Of a stretch of DNA of 64,000 nucleotides, positions 22,670-37,855 are shown in pieces (positions within the stretch are counted from its first letter, which is position 1; each line of letters starts with the position of its first letter). Both the position numbers and the translations under genes were made by a program. This DNA comes from Auanema rhodensis. Its lineage: Eukaryota; Animalia; Nematoda. Under the pieces are notes generated by a model. That model searched no databases. It saw only the letters and a list, made by a program, of their open reading frames with translations, and was not told the origin of the DNA. Location: contig OZ059900.1 in assembly GCA_964057225.1 (NCBI GenBank), forward strand, positions 19,592,001 to 19,656,000, in the 5' to 3' direction.

Positions 22670-25600
22670 CATGAGAAATATTTTATTATGCTGGAAAACC
22701 AGTTTTTGGAAATTTCGCTGTAAACAAGGTTTTGACTTACGATTTCATGTGTTCAAACTCATGCAATGTCAATGAAACCTAGCTCAAAATTGTTCGTACA
22801 ACGTCTAGTTCCACTTTCACGACAAAAAAACAGGGGTTAGAAAATTAAGGAAATTAGCATATTCTGAGGGCACGCCCCTTATGGCTAATATTGATTAAAT
22901 CGATTTTTGTTCATATGAGTCGTCAAATGCTACGAATTTCAGCGTGTTACATACTAAAATGAAGCATTTTACATGCTGAACACTAGAAAAATACAAAAAC
23001 ACAGTATTTCCCATGAGAAATATTTTATTATGCTGGAAAACCAGTTTTTGGAAATTTCGCTGTAAACAAGGTTTTGACTTACGATTTCATGTGTTCAAAC
23101 TTATGCAATGTCAATGAAACCTAGCAAAAAATTGTTCGTACAACGTCTAGTCCCACTTTCACGACAAAAAAACAGGGGTTAGAAAATTAAGGGAATTAGC
23201 ATATTCTGAGGGCACGCCCCTTATGGCTAATATTGATTAAATCGATTTTTGTTCATATGAGTCGTCAAATGCAACGAATTTCAGCGTGTTACATACTAAA
23301 ATGAAGCATTTTACATGCTGAACACTAGAAAAATACAAAAACACAGTATTTCCCATGAGAAATATTTTATTATGCTGGAAAACCAGTTTTTGGAAATTTC
23401 GCTGTAAACAAGGTTTTGACTTACGATTTCATGTGTTCAAACTTATGCAATGTCAATGAAACCTAGCAAAAAAATGTTCGTACAACGTCTAGTCCCACTT
23501 TCACGACAAAAAAACAGGGGTTAGAAAATTAAGGGAATTAGCATATTCTGAGGGCACGCCCCTTATGGCTAATATTGATTAAATCGATTTTTGTTCATAT
23601 GAGTCGTCAAATGCAACGAATTTCAGCGTGTTACATACTAAAATGAAGCATTTTACATGCTGAACACTAGAAAAATACAAAAACACAGTATTTCCCATGA
23701 GAAATATTTTAATATGTTGGAAAACCAGTTTTTGGAAATTTCGCTGTAAACAAGGTTTTGACTTACGATTTCATGTGTTCAAACTCATGCAATGTCAATG
23801 AAACCTAGCTCAAAATTGTTCGTACAACGTCTAGTTCCACTTTCACGACAAAAAAACAGGGGTTAGAAAATTAAGGAAATTAGCATATTCTGAGGGCACG
23901 CCCCTTATGGCTAATATTGATTAAATCGATTTTTGTTCATATGAGTCGTCAAATGCAACGAATTTCAGCGTGTTACATACTAAAATGAAGCATTTTACAT
24001 GCTGAACACTAGAAAAATACAAAAACACAGTATTTCCCATGAGAAATATTTTATTATGCTGGAAAACCAGTTTTTGGAAATTTCGCTGTAAACAAGGTTT
24101 TGACTTACGATTTCATGTGTTCAAACTCATGCAATGTCAATGAAACCTAGCTCAAAATTGTTCGTACAACGTCTAGTTCCACTTTCACGACAAAAAAACA
24201 GGGGTTAGAAAATTAAGGAAATTAGCATATTCTGAGGGCACGCCCCTTATGGCTAATATTGATTAAATCGATTTTTGTTCATATGAGTCGTCAAATGCAA
24301 CGAATTTCAGCGTGTTACATACTAAAATGAAGCATTTTACATGCTGAACACTAGAAAAATACAAAAACACAGTAATACCCATGAGAAATATTTTATTATG
24401 CTGGAAAACCAGTTTTTGGAAATTTCGCTGTAAACAAGGTTTTGACTTACGATTTCATGTGTTCAAACTCATGCAATGTCAATGAAACCTAGCTCAAAAT
24501 TGTTAATACAATGTCTAGTTCCACTTTCACGACAAAAAAACAGGGGTTAGAAAATTAAGGAAATTAGCATATTCTGAGGGCACGCCCTTTATGGCTAATA
24601 TTGATTAAATCGATTTTTGTTCATATGAGTCGTCAAATGCAACGAATTTCAGCGTGTTACATACTAAAATGAAGCATTTTACATGCTGAACACTAGAAAA
24701 ATACAAAAACACAGTATTTCCCATGAGAAATATTTTATTATGCTGGAAAACCAGTTTTTGGAAATTTCGCTGTAAACAAGGTTTTGACTTACGATTTCAT
24801 GTGTTCAAACTCATGCAATGTCAATGAAACCTAGCTCAAAATTGTTCGTACAACGTCTAGTTCCACTTTCACGACAAAAAAACAGGGGTTAGAAAATTAA
24901 GGAAATTAGCATATTCTGAGGGCACGCCCCTTATGGCTAATATTGATTAAATCGATTTTTGTTCATATGAGTCGTCAAATGCAACGAATTTCAGCGTGTT
25001 ACATACTAAAATGAAGCATTTTACATGCTGAACACTAGAAAAATACAAAAACACAGTATTTCCCATGAGAAATATTTTATTATGCTGGAAAACCAGTTTT
25101 TGAAAATTTCGCTGTAAACAAGGTTTTGACTTACGATTTCATGTGTTCAAACTCATGCAATGTCAATGAAACCTAGCTCAAAATTGTTCCTACAACGTCT
25201 AGTTCCACTTTCACGACAAAAAAACAGGGGTTAGAAAATTAAGGAAATTAGCATATTCTGAGGGCACGCCCCTTATGGCTAATATTGATTAAATCGATTT
25301 TTGTTCATATGAGTCGTCAAATGCAACGAATTTCAGCGTGTTACATACTAAAATGAAGCATTTCACATGCTGAACACTAGAAAAATACAAAAACACAGTA
25401 ATACCCATGAGAAATATTTTATTATGCTGGAAAACCAGTTTTTGGAAATTTCGCTGTAAACAAGGTTTTGACTTACGATTTCATGTGTTCAAACTCATGC
25501 AATGTCAATGAAACCTAGCTCAAAATTGTTCGTACAACGTCTGGTTCCACTTTCACGACAAAAAAACAGGGGTTAGAAAATTAAGGAAATTAGCATATTC

Positions 25601-28600
25601 TGAGGGCACGCCCCTTATGGCTAATATTGATTAAATCGATTTTTGTTCATATGAGTCGTCAAATGCAACGAATTTCAGCGTGTTACATACTAAAATGAAG
25701 CATTTCACATGCTGAACACTAGAAAAATACAAAAACACAGTATTTCCCATGAGAAATATTTTATTATGCTGGAAAACCAGTTTTTGGAAATTTCGCTGTA
25801 AACAAGGTTTTGACTTACGATTTCATGTGTTCAAACTCATGCAATGTCAATGAAACCTAGCTCAAAATTGTTCGTACAACGTCTAGTTCCACTTTCACGA
25901 CAAAAAAACAGGGGTTAGAAAATTAAGGAAATTAGCATATTCTGAGGGCACGCCCCTTATGGCTAATATTGATTAAATCGATTTTTGTTCATATGAGTCG
26001 TCAAATGCAACGAATTTCAGCGTGTTACATACTAAAATGAAGCATTTTACATGCTGAACACTAGAAAAATACAAAAACACAGTATTTCCCATGAGAAATA
26101 TTTTATTATGCTGGAAAACCAGTTTTTGGAAATTTCGCTGTAAACAAGGTTTTGACTTACGATTTCATGTGTTCAAACTCATGCAATGTCAATGAAACCT
26201 AGCTCAAAATTGTTCCTACAACGTCTAGTTCCACTTTCACGACAAAAAAACAGGGGTTAGAAAATTAAGGAAATTAGCATATTCTGAGGGCACGCCCTTT
26301 ATGGCTAATATTGATTAAATCGATTTTTGTTCATATGAGTCGTCAAATGCAACGAATTTCAGCGTGTTACATACTAAAATGAAGCATTTCACATGCTGAA
26401 CACTAGAAAAATACAAAAACACAGTAATACCCATGAGAAATATTTTATTATGCTGGAAAACCAGTTTTTGGAAATTTCGCTGTAAACAAGGTTTTGACTT
26501 ACGATTTCATGTGTTCAAACTCATGCAATGTCAATGAAACCTAGCTCAAAATTGTTCGTACAACGTCTGGTTCCACTTTCACGACAAAAAAACAGGGGTT
26601 AGAAAATTAAGGAAATTAGCATATTCTGAGGGCACGCCCCTTATGGCTAATATTGATTAAATCGATTTTTGTTCATATGAGTCGTCAAATGCAACGAATT
26701 TCAGCGTGTTACATACTAAAATGAAGCATTTTACATGCTGAACACTAGAAAAATACAAAAACACAGTATTTCCCATGAGAAATATTTTATTATGCTGGAA
26801 AACCAGTTTTTGGAAATTTCGCTGTAAACAAGGTTTTGACTTACGATTTCATGTGTTCAAACTCATGCAATGTCAATGAAACCTAGCTCAAAATTGTTCG
26901 TACAACGTCTAGTTCCACTTTCACGACAAAAAAACAGGGGTTAGAAAATTAAGGAAATTAGCATATTCTGAGGGCACGCCCCTTATGGCTAATATTGATT
27001 AAATCGATTTTTGTTCATATGAGTCGTCAAATGCAACGAATTTCAGCGTGTTACATACTAAAATGAAGCATTTTACATGCTGAACACTAGAAAAATACAA
27101 AAACACAGTAATACCCATGAGAAATATTTTATTATGCTGGAAAACCAGTTTTTGGAAATTTCGCTGTAAACAAGGTTTTGACTTACGATTTCATGTGTTC
27201 AAACTCATGCAATGTCAATGAAACCTAGCTCAAAATTGTTAATACAATGTCTAGTTCCACTTTCACGACAAAAAAACAGGGGTTAGAAAATTAAGGAAAT
27301 TAGCATATTCTGAGGGCACGCCCTTTATGGCTAATATTGATTAAATCGATTTTTGTTCATATGAGTCGTCAAATGCAACGAATTTCAGCGTGTTACATAC
27401 TAAAATGAAGCATTTTACATGCTGAACACTAGAAAAATACAAAAACACAGTATTTCCCATGAGAAATATTTTATTATGCTGGAAAACCAGTTTTTGGAAA
27501 TTTCGCTGTAAACAAGGTTTTGACTTACGATTTCATGTGTTCAAACTCATGCAATGTCAATGAAACCTAGCTCAAAATTGTTCGTACAACGTCTAGTTCC
27601 ACTTTCACGACTAAAAAACAGGGGTTAGAAAATTAAGGAAATTAGCATATTCTGAGGGCACGCCCCTTATGGCTAATATTGATTAAATCGATTTTTGTTC
27701 ATATGAGTCGTCAAATGCAACGAATTTCAGCGTGTTACATACTAAAATGAAGCATTTCACATGCTGAACACTAGAAAAATACAAAAACACAGTATTTCCC
27801 ATGAGAAATATTTTATTATGCTGGAAAACCAGTTTTTGGAAATTTCGCTGTAAACAAGGTTTTGACTTACGATTTCATGTGTTCAAACTCATGCAATGTC
27901 AATGAAACCTAGCTCAAAATTGTTTGTACAACGTCTGGTTCCACTTTCACGACTAAAAAAAAACAGGGGTTAGAAAATTAAGGAAATTAGCATATTCTGA
28001 GGGCACGCCCCTTATGGCTAATATTGATTAAATCGATTTTTGTTCATATGAGTCGTCAAATGCAACGAATTTCAGCGTGTTACATACTAAAATGAAGCAT
28101 TTTACATGCTGAACACTAGAAAAATACAAAAACACAGTATTTCCCATGAGAAATATTTTATTATGCTGGAAAACCAGTTTTTGGAAATTTCGCTGTAAAC
28201 AAGGTTTTGACTTACGATTTCATGTGTTCAAACTCATGCAATGTCAATGAAACCTAGCTCAAAATTGTTCGTACAACGTCTAGTTCCACTTTCACGACTA
28301 AAAAACAGGGGTTAGAAAATTAAGGAAATTAGCATATTCTGAGGGCACGCCCCTTATGGCTAATATTGATTAAATCGATTTTTGTTCATATGAGTCGTCA
28401 AATGCAACGAATTTCAGCGTGTTACATACTAAAATGAAGCATTTCACATGCTGAACACTAGAAAAATACAAAAACACAGTATTTCCCATGAGAAATATTT
28501 TATTATGCTGGAAAACCAGTTTTTGGAAATTTCGCTGTAAACAAGGTTTTGACTTACGATTTCATGTGTTCAAACTCATGCAATGTCAATGAAACCTAGC

Positions 28601-31600
28601 TCAAAATTGTTTGTACAACGTCTGGTTCCACTTTCACGACTAAAAAAAAACAGGGGTTAGAAAATTAAGGAAATTAGCATATTCTGAGGGCACGCCCCTT
28701 ATGGCTAATATTGATTAAATCGATTTTTGTTCATATGAGTCGTCAAATGCAACGAATTTCAGCGTGTTACATACTAAAATGAAGCATTTTACATGCTGAA
28801 CACTAGAAAAATACAAAAACACAGTATTTCCCATGAGAAATATTTTATTATGCTGGAAAACCAGTTTTTGGAAATTTCGCTGTAAACAAGGTTTTGACTT
28901 ACGATTTCATGTGTTCAAACTCATGCAATGTCAATGAAACCTAGCTCAAAATTGTTCGTACAACGTCTAGTTCCACTTTCACGACAAAAAAACAGGGGTT
29001 AGAAAATTAAGGAAATTAGCATATTCTGAGGGCACGCCCCTTATGGCTAATATTGATTAAATCGATTTTTGTTCATATGAGTCGTCAAATGCAACGAATT
29101 TCAGCGTGTTACATACTAAAATGAAGCATTTTACATGCTGAACACTAGAAAAATACAAAAACACAGTAATACCCATGAGAAATATTTTATTATGCTGGAA
29201 AACCAGTTTTTGGAAATTTCGCTGTAAACAAGGTTTTGACTTACGATTTCATGTGTTCAAACTCATGCAATGTCAATGAAACCTAGCTCAAAATTGTTAA
29301 TACAATGTCTAGTTCCACTTTCACGACAAAAAAACAGGGGTTAGAAAATTAAGGAAATTAGCATATTCTGAGGGCACGCCCTTTATGGCTAATATTGATT
29401 AAATCGATTTTTGTTCATATGAGTCGTCAAATGCAACGAATTTCAGCGTGTTACATACTAAAATGAAGCATTTTACATGCTGAACACTAGAAAAATACAA
29501 AAACACAGTATTTCCCATGAGAAATATTTTATTATGCTGGAAAACCAGTTTTTGGAAATTTCGCTGTAAACAAGGTTTTGACTTACGATTTCATGTGTTC
29601 AAACTCATGCAATGTCAATGAAACCTAGCTCAAAATTGTTCCTACAACGTCTAGTTCCACTTTCACGACAAAAAAACAGGGGTTAGAAAATTAAGGAAAT
29701 TAGCATATTCTGAGGGCACGCCCTTTATGGCTAATATTGATTAAATCGATTTTTGTTCATATGAGTCGTCAAATGCAACGAATTTCAGCGTGTTACATAC
29801 TAAAATGAAGCATTTTACATGCTGAACACTAGAAAAATACAAAAACACAGTATTTCCCATGAGAAATATTTTATTATGCTGGAAAACCAGTTTTTGGAAA
29901 TTTCGCTGTAAACAAGGTTTTGACTTACGATTTCATGTGTTCAAACTCATGCAATGTCAATGAAACCTAGCTCAAAATTGTTCGTACAACGTCTAGTTCC
30001 ACTTTCACGACAAAAAAACAGGGGTTAGAAAATTAAGGAAATTAGCATATTCTGAGGGCACGCCCCCTATGGCTAATATTGATTAAATCGATTTTTGTTC
30101 ATATGAGTCGTCAAATGCAACGAATTTCAGCGTGTTACATACTAAAATGAAGCATTTTACATGCTGAACACTAGAAAAATACAAAAACACAGTATTTCCC
30201 ATGAGAAATATTTTATTATGCTGGAAAACCAGTTTTTGGAAATTTCGCTGTAAACAAGGTTTTGACTTACGATTTCATGTGTTCAAACTCATGCAATGTC
30301 AATGAAACCTAGCTCAAAATTGTTCGTACAACGTCTAGTTCCACTTTCACGACAAAAAAACAGGGGTTAGAAAATTAAGGAAATTAGCATATTCTGAGGG
30401 CACGCCCCTTATGGCTAATATTGATTAAATCGATTTTTGTTCATATGAGTCGTCAAATGCTACGAATTTCAGCGTGTTACATACTAAAATGAAGCATTTT
30501 ACATGCTGAACACTAGAAAAATACAAAAACACAGTATTTCCCATGAGAAATATTTTATTATGCTGGAAAACCAGTTTTTGGAAATTTCGCTGTAAACAAG
30601 GTTTTGACTTACGATTTCATGTGTTCAAACTTATGCAATGTCAATGAAACCTAGCAAAAAATTGTTCGTACAACGTCTAGTCCCACTTTCACGACAAAAA
30701 AACAGGGGTTAGAAAATTAAGGGAATTAGCATATTCTGAGGGCACGCCCCTTATGGCTAATATTGATTAAATCGATTTTTGTTCATATGAGTCGTCAAAT
30801 GCAACGAATTTCAGCGTGTTACATACTAAAATGAAGCATTTTACATGCTGAACACTAGAAAAATACAAAAACACAGTATTTCCCATGAGAAATATTTTAT
30901 TATGCTGGAAAACCAGTTTTTGGAAATTTCGCTGTAAACAAGGTTTTGACTTACGATTTCATGTGTTCAAACTTATGCAATGTCAATGAAACCTAGCAAA
31001 AAAATGTTCGTACAACGTCTAGTCCCACTTTCACGACAAAAAAACAGGGGTTAGAAAATTAAGGGAATTAGCATATTCTGAGGGCACGCCCCTTATGGCT
31101 AATATTGATTAAATCGATTTTTGTTCATATGAGTCGTCAAATGCAACGAATTTCAGCGTGTTACATACTAAAATGAAGCATTTTACATGCTGAACACTAG
31201 AAAAATACAAAAACACAGTATTTCCCATGAGAAATATTTTAATATGTTGGAAAACCAGTTTTTGGAAATTTCGCTGTAAACAAGGTTTTGACTTACGATT
31301 TCATGTGTTCAAACTCATGCAATGTCAATGAAACCTAGCTCAAAATTGTTCGTACAACGTCTAGTTCCACTTTCACGACAAAAAAACAGGGGTTAGAAAA
31401 TTAAGGAAATTAGCATATTCTGAGGGCACGCCCCTTATGGCTAATATTGATTAAATCGATTTTTGTTCATATGAGTCGTCAAATGCAACGAATTTCAGCG
31501 TGTTACATACTAAAATGAAGCATTTTACATGCTGAACACTAGAAAAATACAAAAACACAGTATTTCCCATGAGAAATATTTTATTATGCTGGAAAACCAG

Positions 31601-34600
31601 TTTTTGGAAATTTCGCTGTAAACAAGGTTTTGACTTACGATTTCATGTGTTCAAACTCATGCAATGTCAATGAAACCTAGCTCAAAATTGTTCGTACAAC
31701 GTCTAGTTCCACTTTCACGACAAAAAAACAGGGGTTAGAAAATTAAGGAAATTAGCATATTCTGAGGGCACGCCCCTTATGGCTAATATTGATTAAATCG
31801 ATTTTTGTTCATATGAGTCGTCAAATGCAACGAATTTCAGCGTGTTACATACTAAAATGAAGCATTTTACATGCTGAACACTAGAAAAATACAAAAACAC
31901 AGTAATACCCATGAGAAATATTTTATTATGCTGGAAAACCAGTTTTTGGAAATTTCGCTGTAAACAAGGTTTTGACTTACGATTTCATGTGTTCAAACTC
32001 ATGCAATGTCAATGAAACCTAGCTCAAAATTGTTAATACAATGTCTAGTTCCACTTTCACGACAAAAAAACAGGGGTTAGAAAATTAAGGAAATTAGCAT
32101 ATTCTGAGGGCACGCCCTTTATGGCTAATATTGATTAAATCGATTTTTGTTCATATGAGTCGTCAAATGCAACGAATTTCAGCGTGTTACATACTAAAAT
32201 GAAGCATTTTACATGCTGAACACTAGAAAAATACAAAAACACAGTATTTCCCATGAGAAATATTTTATTATGCTGGAAAACCAGTTTTTGGAAATTTCGC
32301 TGTAAACAAGGTTTTGACTTACGATTTCATGTGTTCAAACTCATGCAATGTCAATGAAACCTAGCTCAAAATTGTTCGTACAACGTCTAGTTCCACTTTC
32401 ACGACAAAAAAACAGGGGTTAGAAAATTAAGGAAATTAGCATATTCTGAGGGCACGCCCCTTATGGCTAATATTGATTAAATCGATTTTTGTTCATATGA
32501 GTCGTCAAATGCAACGAATTTCAGCGTGTTACATACTAAAATGAAGCATTTTACATGCTGAACACTAGAAAAATACAAAAACACAGTATTTCCCATGAGA
32601 AATATTTTATTATGCTGGAAAACCAGTTTTTGAAAATTTCGCTGTAAACAAGGTTTTGACTTACGATTTCATGTGTTCAAACTCATGCAATGTCAATGAA
32701 ACCTAGCTCAAAATTGTTCCTACAACGTCTAGTTCCACTTTCACGACAAAAAAACAGGGGTTAGAAAATTAAGGAAATTAGCATATTCTGAGGGCACGCC
32801 CCTTATGGCTAATATTGATTAAATCGATTTTTGTTCATATGAGTCGTCAAATGCAACGAATTTCAGCGTGTTACATACTAAAATGAAGCATTTCACATGC
32901 TGAACACTAGAAAAATACAAAAACACAGTAATACCCATGAGAAATATTTTATTATGCTGGAAAACCAGTTTTTGGAAATTTCGCTGTAAACAAGGTTTTG
33001 ACTTACGATTTCATGTGTTCAAACTCATGCAATGTCAATGAAACCTAGCTCAAAATTGTTCGTACAACGTCTGGTTCCACTTTCACGACAAAAAAACAGG
33101 GGTTAGAAAATTAAGGAAATTAGCATATTCTGAGGGCACGCCCCTTATGGCTAATATTGATTAAATCGATTTTTGTTCATATGAGTCGTCAAATGCAACG
33201 AATTTCAGCGTGTTACATACTAAAATGAAGCATTTCACATGCTGAACACTAGAAAAATACAAAAACACAGTATTTCCCATGAGAAATATTTTATTATGCT
33301 GGAAAACCAGTTTTTGGAAATTTCGCTGTAAACAAGGTTTTGACTTACGATTTCATGTGTTCAAACTCATGCAATGTCAATGAAACCTAGCTCAAAATTG
33401 TTCGTACAACGTCTAGTTCCACTTTCACGACAAAAAAACAGGGGTTAGAAAATTAAGGAAATTAGCATATTCTGAGGGCACGCCCCTTATGGCTAATATT
33501 GATTAAATCGATTTTTGTTCATATGAGTCGTCAAATGCAACGAATTTCAGCGTGTTACATACTAAAATGAAGCATTTTACATGCTGAACACTAGAAAAAT
33601 ACAAAAACACAGTATTTCCCATGAGAAATATTTTATTATGCTGGAAAACCAGTTTTTGGAAATTTCGCTGTAAACAAGGTTTTGACTTACGATTTCATGT
33701 GTTCAAACTCATGCAATGTCAATGAAACCTAGCTCAAAATTGTTCCTACAACGTCTAGTTCCACTTTCACGACAAAAAAACAGGGGTTAGAAAATTAAGG
33801 AAATTAGCATATTCTGAGGGCACGCCCTTTATGGCTAATATTGATTAAATCGATTTTTGTTCATATGAGTCGTCAAATGCAACGAATTTCAGCGTGTTAC
33901 ATACTAAAATGAAGCATTTCACATGCTGAACACTAGAAAAATACAAAAACACAGTAATACCCATGAGAAATATTTTATTATGCTGGAAAACCAGTTTTTG
34001 GAAATTTCGCTGTAAACAAGGTTTTGACTTACGATTTCATGTGTTCAAACTCATGCAATGTCAATGAAACCTAGCTCAAAATTGTTCGTACAACGTCTGG
34101 TTCCACTTTCACGACAAAAAAACAGGGGTTAGAAAATTAAGGAAATTAGCATATTCTGAGGGCACGCCCCTTATGGCTAATATTGATTAAATCGATTTTT
34201 GTTCATATGAGTCGTCAAATGCAACGAATTTCAGCGTGTTACATACTAAAATGAAGCATTTTACATGCTGAACACTAGAAAAATACAAAAACACAGTATT
34301 TCCCATGAGAAATATTTTATTATGCTGGAAAACCAGTTTTTGGAAATTTCGCTGTAAACAAGGTTTTGACTTACGATTTCATGTGTTCAAACTCATGCAA
34401 TGTCAATGAAACCTAGCTCAAAATTGTTCGTACAACGTCTAGTTCCACTTTCACGACAAAAAAACAGGGGTTAGAAAATTAAGGAAATTAGCATATTCTG
34501 AGGGCACGCCCCTTATGGCTAATATTGATTAAATCGATTTTTGTTCATATGAGTCGTCAAATGCAACGAATTTCAGCGTGTTACATACTAAAATGAAGCA

Positions 34601-37600
34601 TTTTACATGCTGAACACTAGAAAAATACAAAAACACAGTAATACCCATGAGAAATATTTTATTATGCTGGAAAACCAGTTTTTGGAAATTTCGCTGTAAA
34701 CAAGGTTTTGACTTACGATTTCATGTGTTCAAACTCATGCAATGTCAATGAAACCTAGCTCAAAATTGTTAATACAATGTCTAGTTCCACTTTCACGACA
34801 AAAAAACAGGGGTTAGAAAATTAAGGAAATTAGCATATTCTGAGGGCACGCCCTTTATGGCTAATATTGATTAAATCGATTTTTGTTCATATGAGTCGTC
34901 AAATGCAACGAATTTCAGCGTGTTACATACTAAAATGAAGCATTTTACATGCTGAACACTAGAAAAATACAAAAACACAGTATTTCCCATGAGAAATATT
35001 TTATTATGCTGGAAAACCAGTTTTTGGAAATTTCGCTGTAAACAAGGTTTTGACTTACGATTTCATGTGTTCAAACTCATGCAATGTCAATGAAACCTAG
35101 CTCAAAATTGTTCGTACAACGTCTAGTTCCACTTTCACGACTAAAAAACAGGGGTTAGAAAATTAAGGAAATTAGCATATTCTGAGGGCACGCCCCTTAT
35201 GGCTAATATTGATTAAATCGATTTTTGTTCATATGAGTCGTCAAATGCAACGAATTTCAGCGTGTTACATACTAAAATGAAGCATTTCACATGCTGAACA
35301 CTAGAAAAATACAAAAACACAGTATTTCCCATGAGAAATATTTTATTATGCTGGAAAACCAGTTTTTGGAAATTTCGCTGTAAACAAGGTTTTGACTTAC
35401 GATTTCATGTGTTCAAACTCATGCAATGTCAATGAAACCTAGCTCAAAATTGTTTGTACAACGTCTGGTTCCACTTTCACGACTAAAAAAAAACAGGGGT
35501 TAGAAAATTAAGGAAATTAGCATATTCTGAGGGCACGCCCCTTATGGCTAATATTGATTAAATCGATTTTTGTTCATATGAGTCGTCAAATGCAACGAAT
35601 TTCAGCGTGTTACATACTAAAATGAAGCATTTTACATGCTGAACACTAGAAAAATACAAAAACACAGTATTTCCCATGAGAAATATTTTATTATGCTGGA
35701 AAACCAGTTTTTGGAAATTTCGCTGTAAACAAGGTTTTGACTTACGATTTCATGTGTTCAAACTCATGCAATGTCAATGAAACCTAGCTCAAAATTGTTC
35801 GTACAACGTCTAGTTCCACTTTCACGACTAAAAAACAGGGGTTAGAAAATTAAGGAAATTAGCATATTCTGAGGGCACGCCCCTTATGGCTAATATTGAT
35901 TAAATCGATTTTTGTTCATATGAGTCGTCAAATGCAACGAATTTCAGCGTGTTACATACTAAAATGAAGCATTTCACATGCTGAACACTAGAAAAATACA
36001 AAAACACAGTATTTCCCATGAGAAATATTTTATTATGCTGGAAAACCAGTTTTTGGAAATTTCGCTGTAAACAAGGTTTTGACTTACGATTTCATGTGTT
36101 CAAACTCATGCAATGTCAATGAAACCTAGCTCAAAATTGTTTGTACAACGTCTGGTTCCACTTTCACGACTAAAAAAAAACAGGGGTTAGAAAATTAAGG
36201 AAATTAGCATATTCTGAGGGCACGCCCCTTATGGCTAATATTGATTAAATCGATTTTTGTTCATATGAGTCGTCAAATGCAACGAATTTCAGCGTGTTAC
36301 ATACTAAAATGAAGCATTTTACATGCTGAACACTAGAAAAATACAAAAACACAGTATTTCCCATGAGAAATATTTTATTATGCTGGAAAACCAGTTTTTG
36401 GAAATTTCGCTGTAAACAAGGTTTTGACTTACGATTTCATGTGTTCAAACTCATGCAATGTCAATGAAACCTAGCTCAAAATTGTTCGTACAACGTCTAG
36501 TTCCACTTTCACGACAAAAAAACAGGGGTTAGAAAATTAAGGAAATTAGCATATTCTGAGGGCACGCCCCTTATGGCTAATATTGATTAAATCGATTTTT
36601 GTTCATATGAGTCGTCAAATGCAACGAATTTCAGCGTGTTACATACTAAAATGAAGCATTTTACATGCTGAACACTAGAAAAATACAAAAACACAGTAAT
36701 ACCCATGAGAAATATTTTATTATGCTGGAAAACCAGTTTTTGGAAATTTCGCTGTAAACAAGGTTTTGACTTACGATTTCATGTGTTCAAACTCATGCAA
36801 TGTCAATGAAACCTAGCTCAAAATTGTTAATACAATGTCTAGTTCCACTTTCACGACAAAAAAACAGGGGTTAGAAAATTAAGGAAATTAGCATATTCTG
36901 AGGGCACGCCCTTTATGGCTAATATTGATTAAATCGATTTTTGTTCATATGAGTCGTCAAATGCAACGAATTTCAGCGTGTTACATACTAAAATGAAGCA
37001 TTTTACATGCTGAACACTAGAAAAATACAAAAACACAGTATTTCCCATGAGAAATATTTTATTATGCTGGAAAACCAGTTTTTGGAAATTTCGCTGTAAA
37101 CAAGGTTTTGACTTACGATTTCATGTGTTCAAACTCATGCAATGTCAATGAAACCTAGCTCAAAATTGTTCCTACAACGTCTAGTTCCACTTTCACGACA
37201 AAAAAACAGGGGTTAGAAAATTAAGGAAATTAGCATATTCTGAGGGCACGCCCTTTATGGCTAATATTGATTAAATCGATTTTTGTTCATATGAGTCGTC
37301 AAATGCAACGAATTTCAGCGTGTTACATACTAAAATGAAGCATTTTACATGCTGAACACTAGAAAAATACAAAAACACAGTATTTCCCATGAGAAATATT
37401 TTATTATGCTGGAAAACCAGTTTTTGGAAATTTCGCTGTAAACAAGGTTTTGACTTACGATTTCATGTGTTCAAACTCATGCAATGTCAATGAAACCTAG
37501 CTCAAAATTGTTCGTACAACGTCTAGTTCCACTTTCACGACAAAAAAACAGGGGTTAGAAAATTAAGGAAATTAGCATATTCTGAGGGCACGCCCCCTAT

Positions 37601-37855
37601 GGCTAATATTGATTAAATCGATTTTTGTTCATATGAGTCGTCAAATGCAACGAATTTCAGCGTGTTACATACTAAAATGAAGCATTTTACATGCTGAACA
37701 CTAGAAAAATACAAAAACACAGTATTTCCCATGAGAAATATTTTATTATGCTGGAAAACCAGTTTTTGGAAATTTCGCTGTAAACAAGGTTTTGACTTAC
37801 GATTTCATGTGTTCAAACTCATGCAATGTCAATGAAACCTAGCTCAAAATTGTTC
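22670..37855 (-). repeat. Tandem duplication of a 22-monomer (7530 bp) higher-order unit
   Basis: Variants pair at exactly 7530 (22x342+6): 22931/30461, 23101/30631, 23711/31241 (AATATGTTGG), 24505/32035, 25101/32631 (TGAAAATTTC), 27241/34771, 29299/36829, 30061/37591. Correspondence fails at ~22665/30195 and at 30326/37856. Confidence 0.92.
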
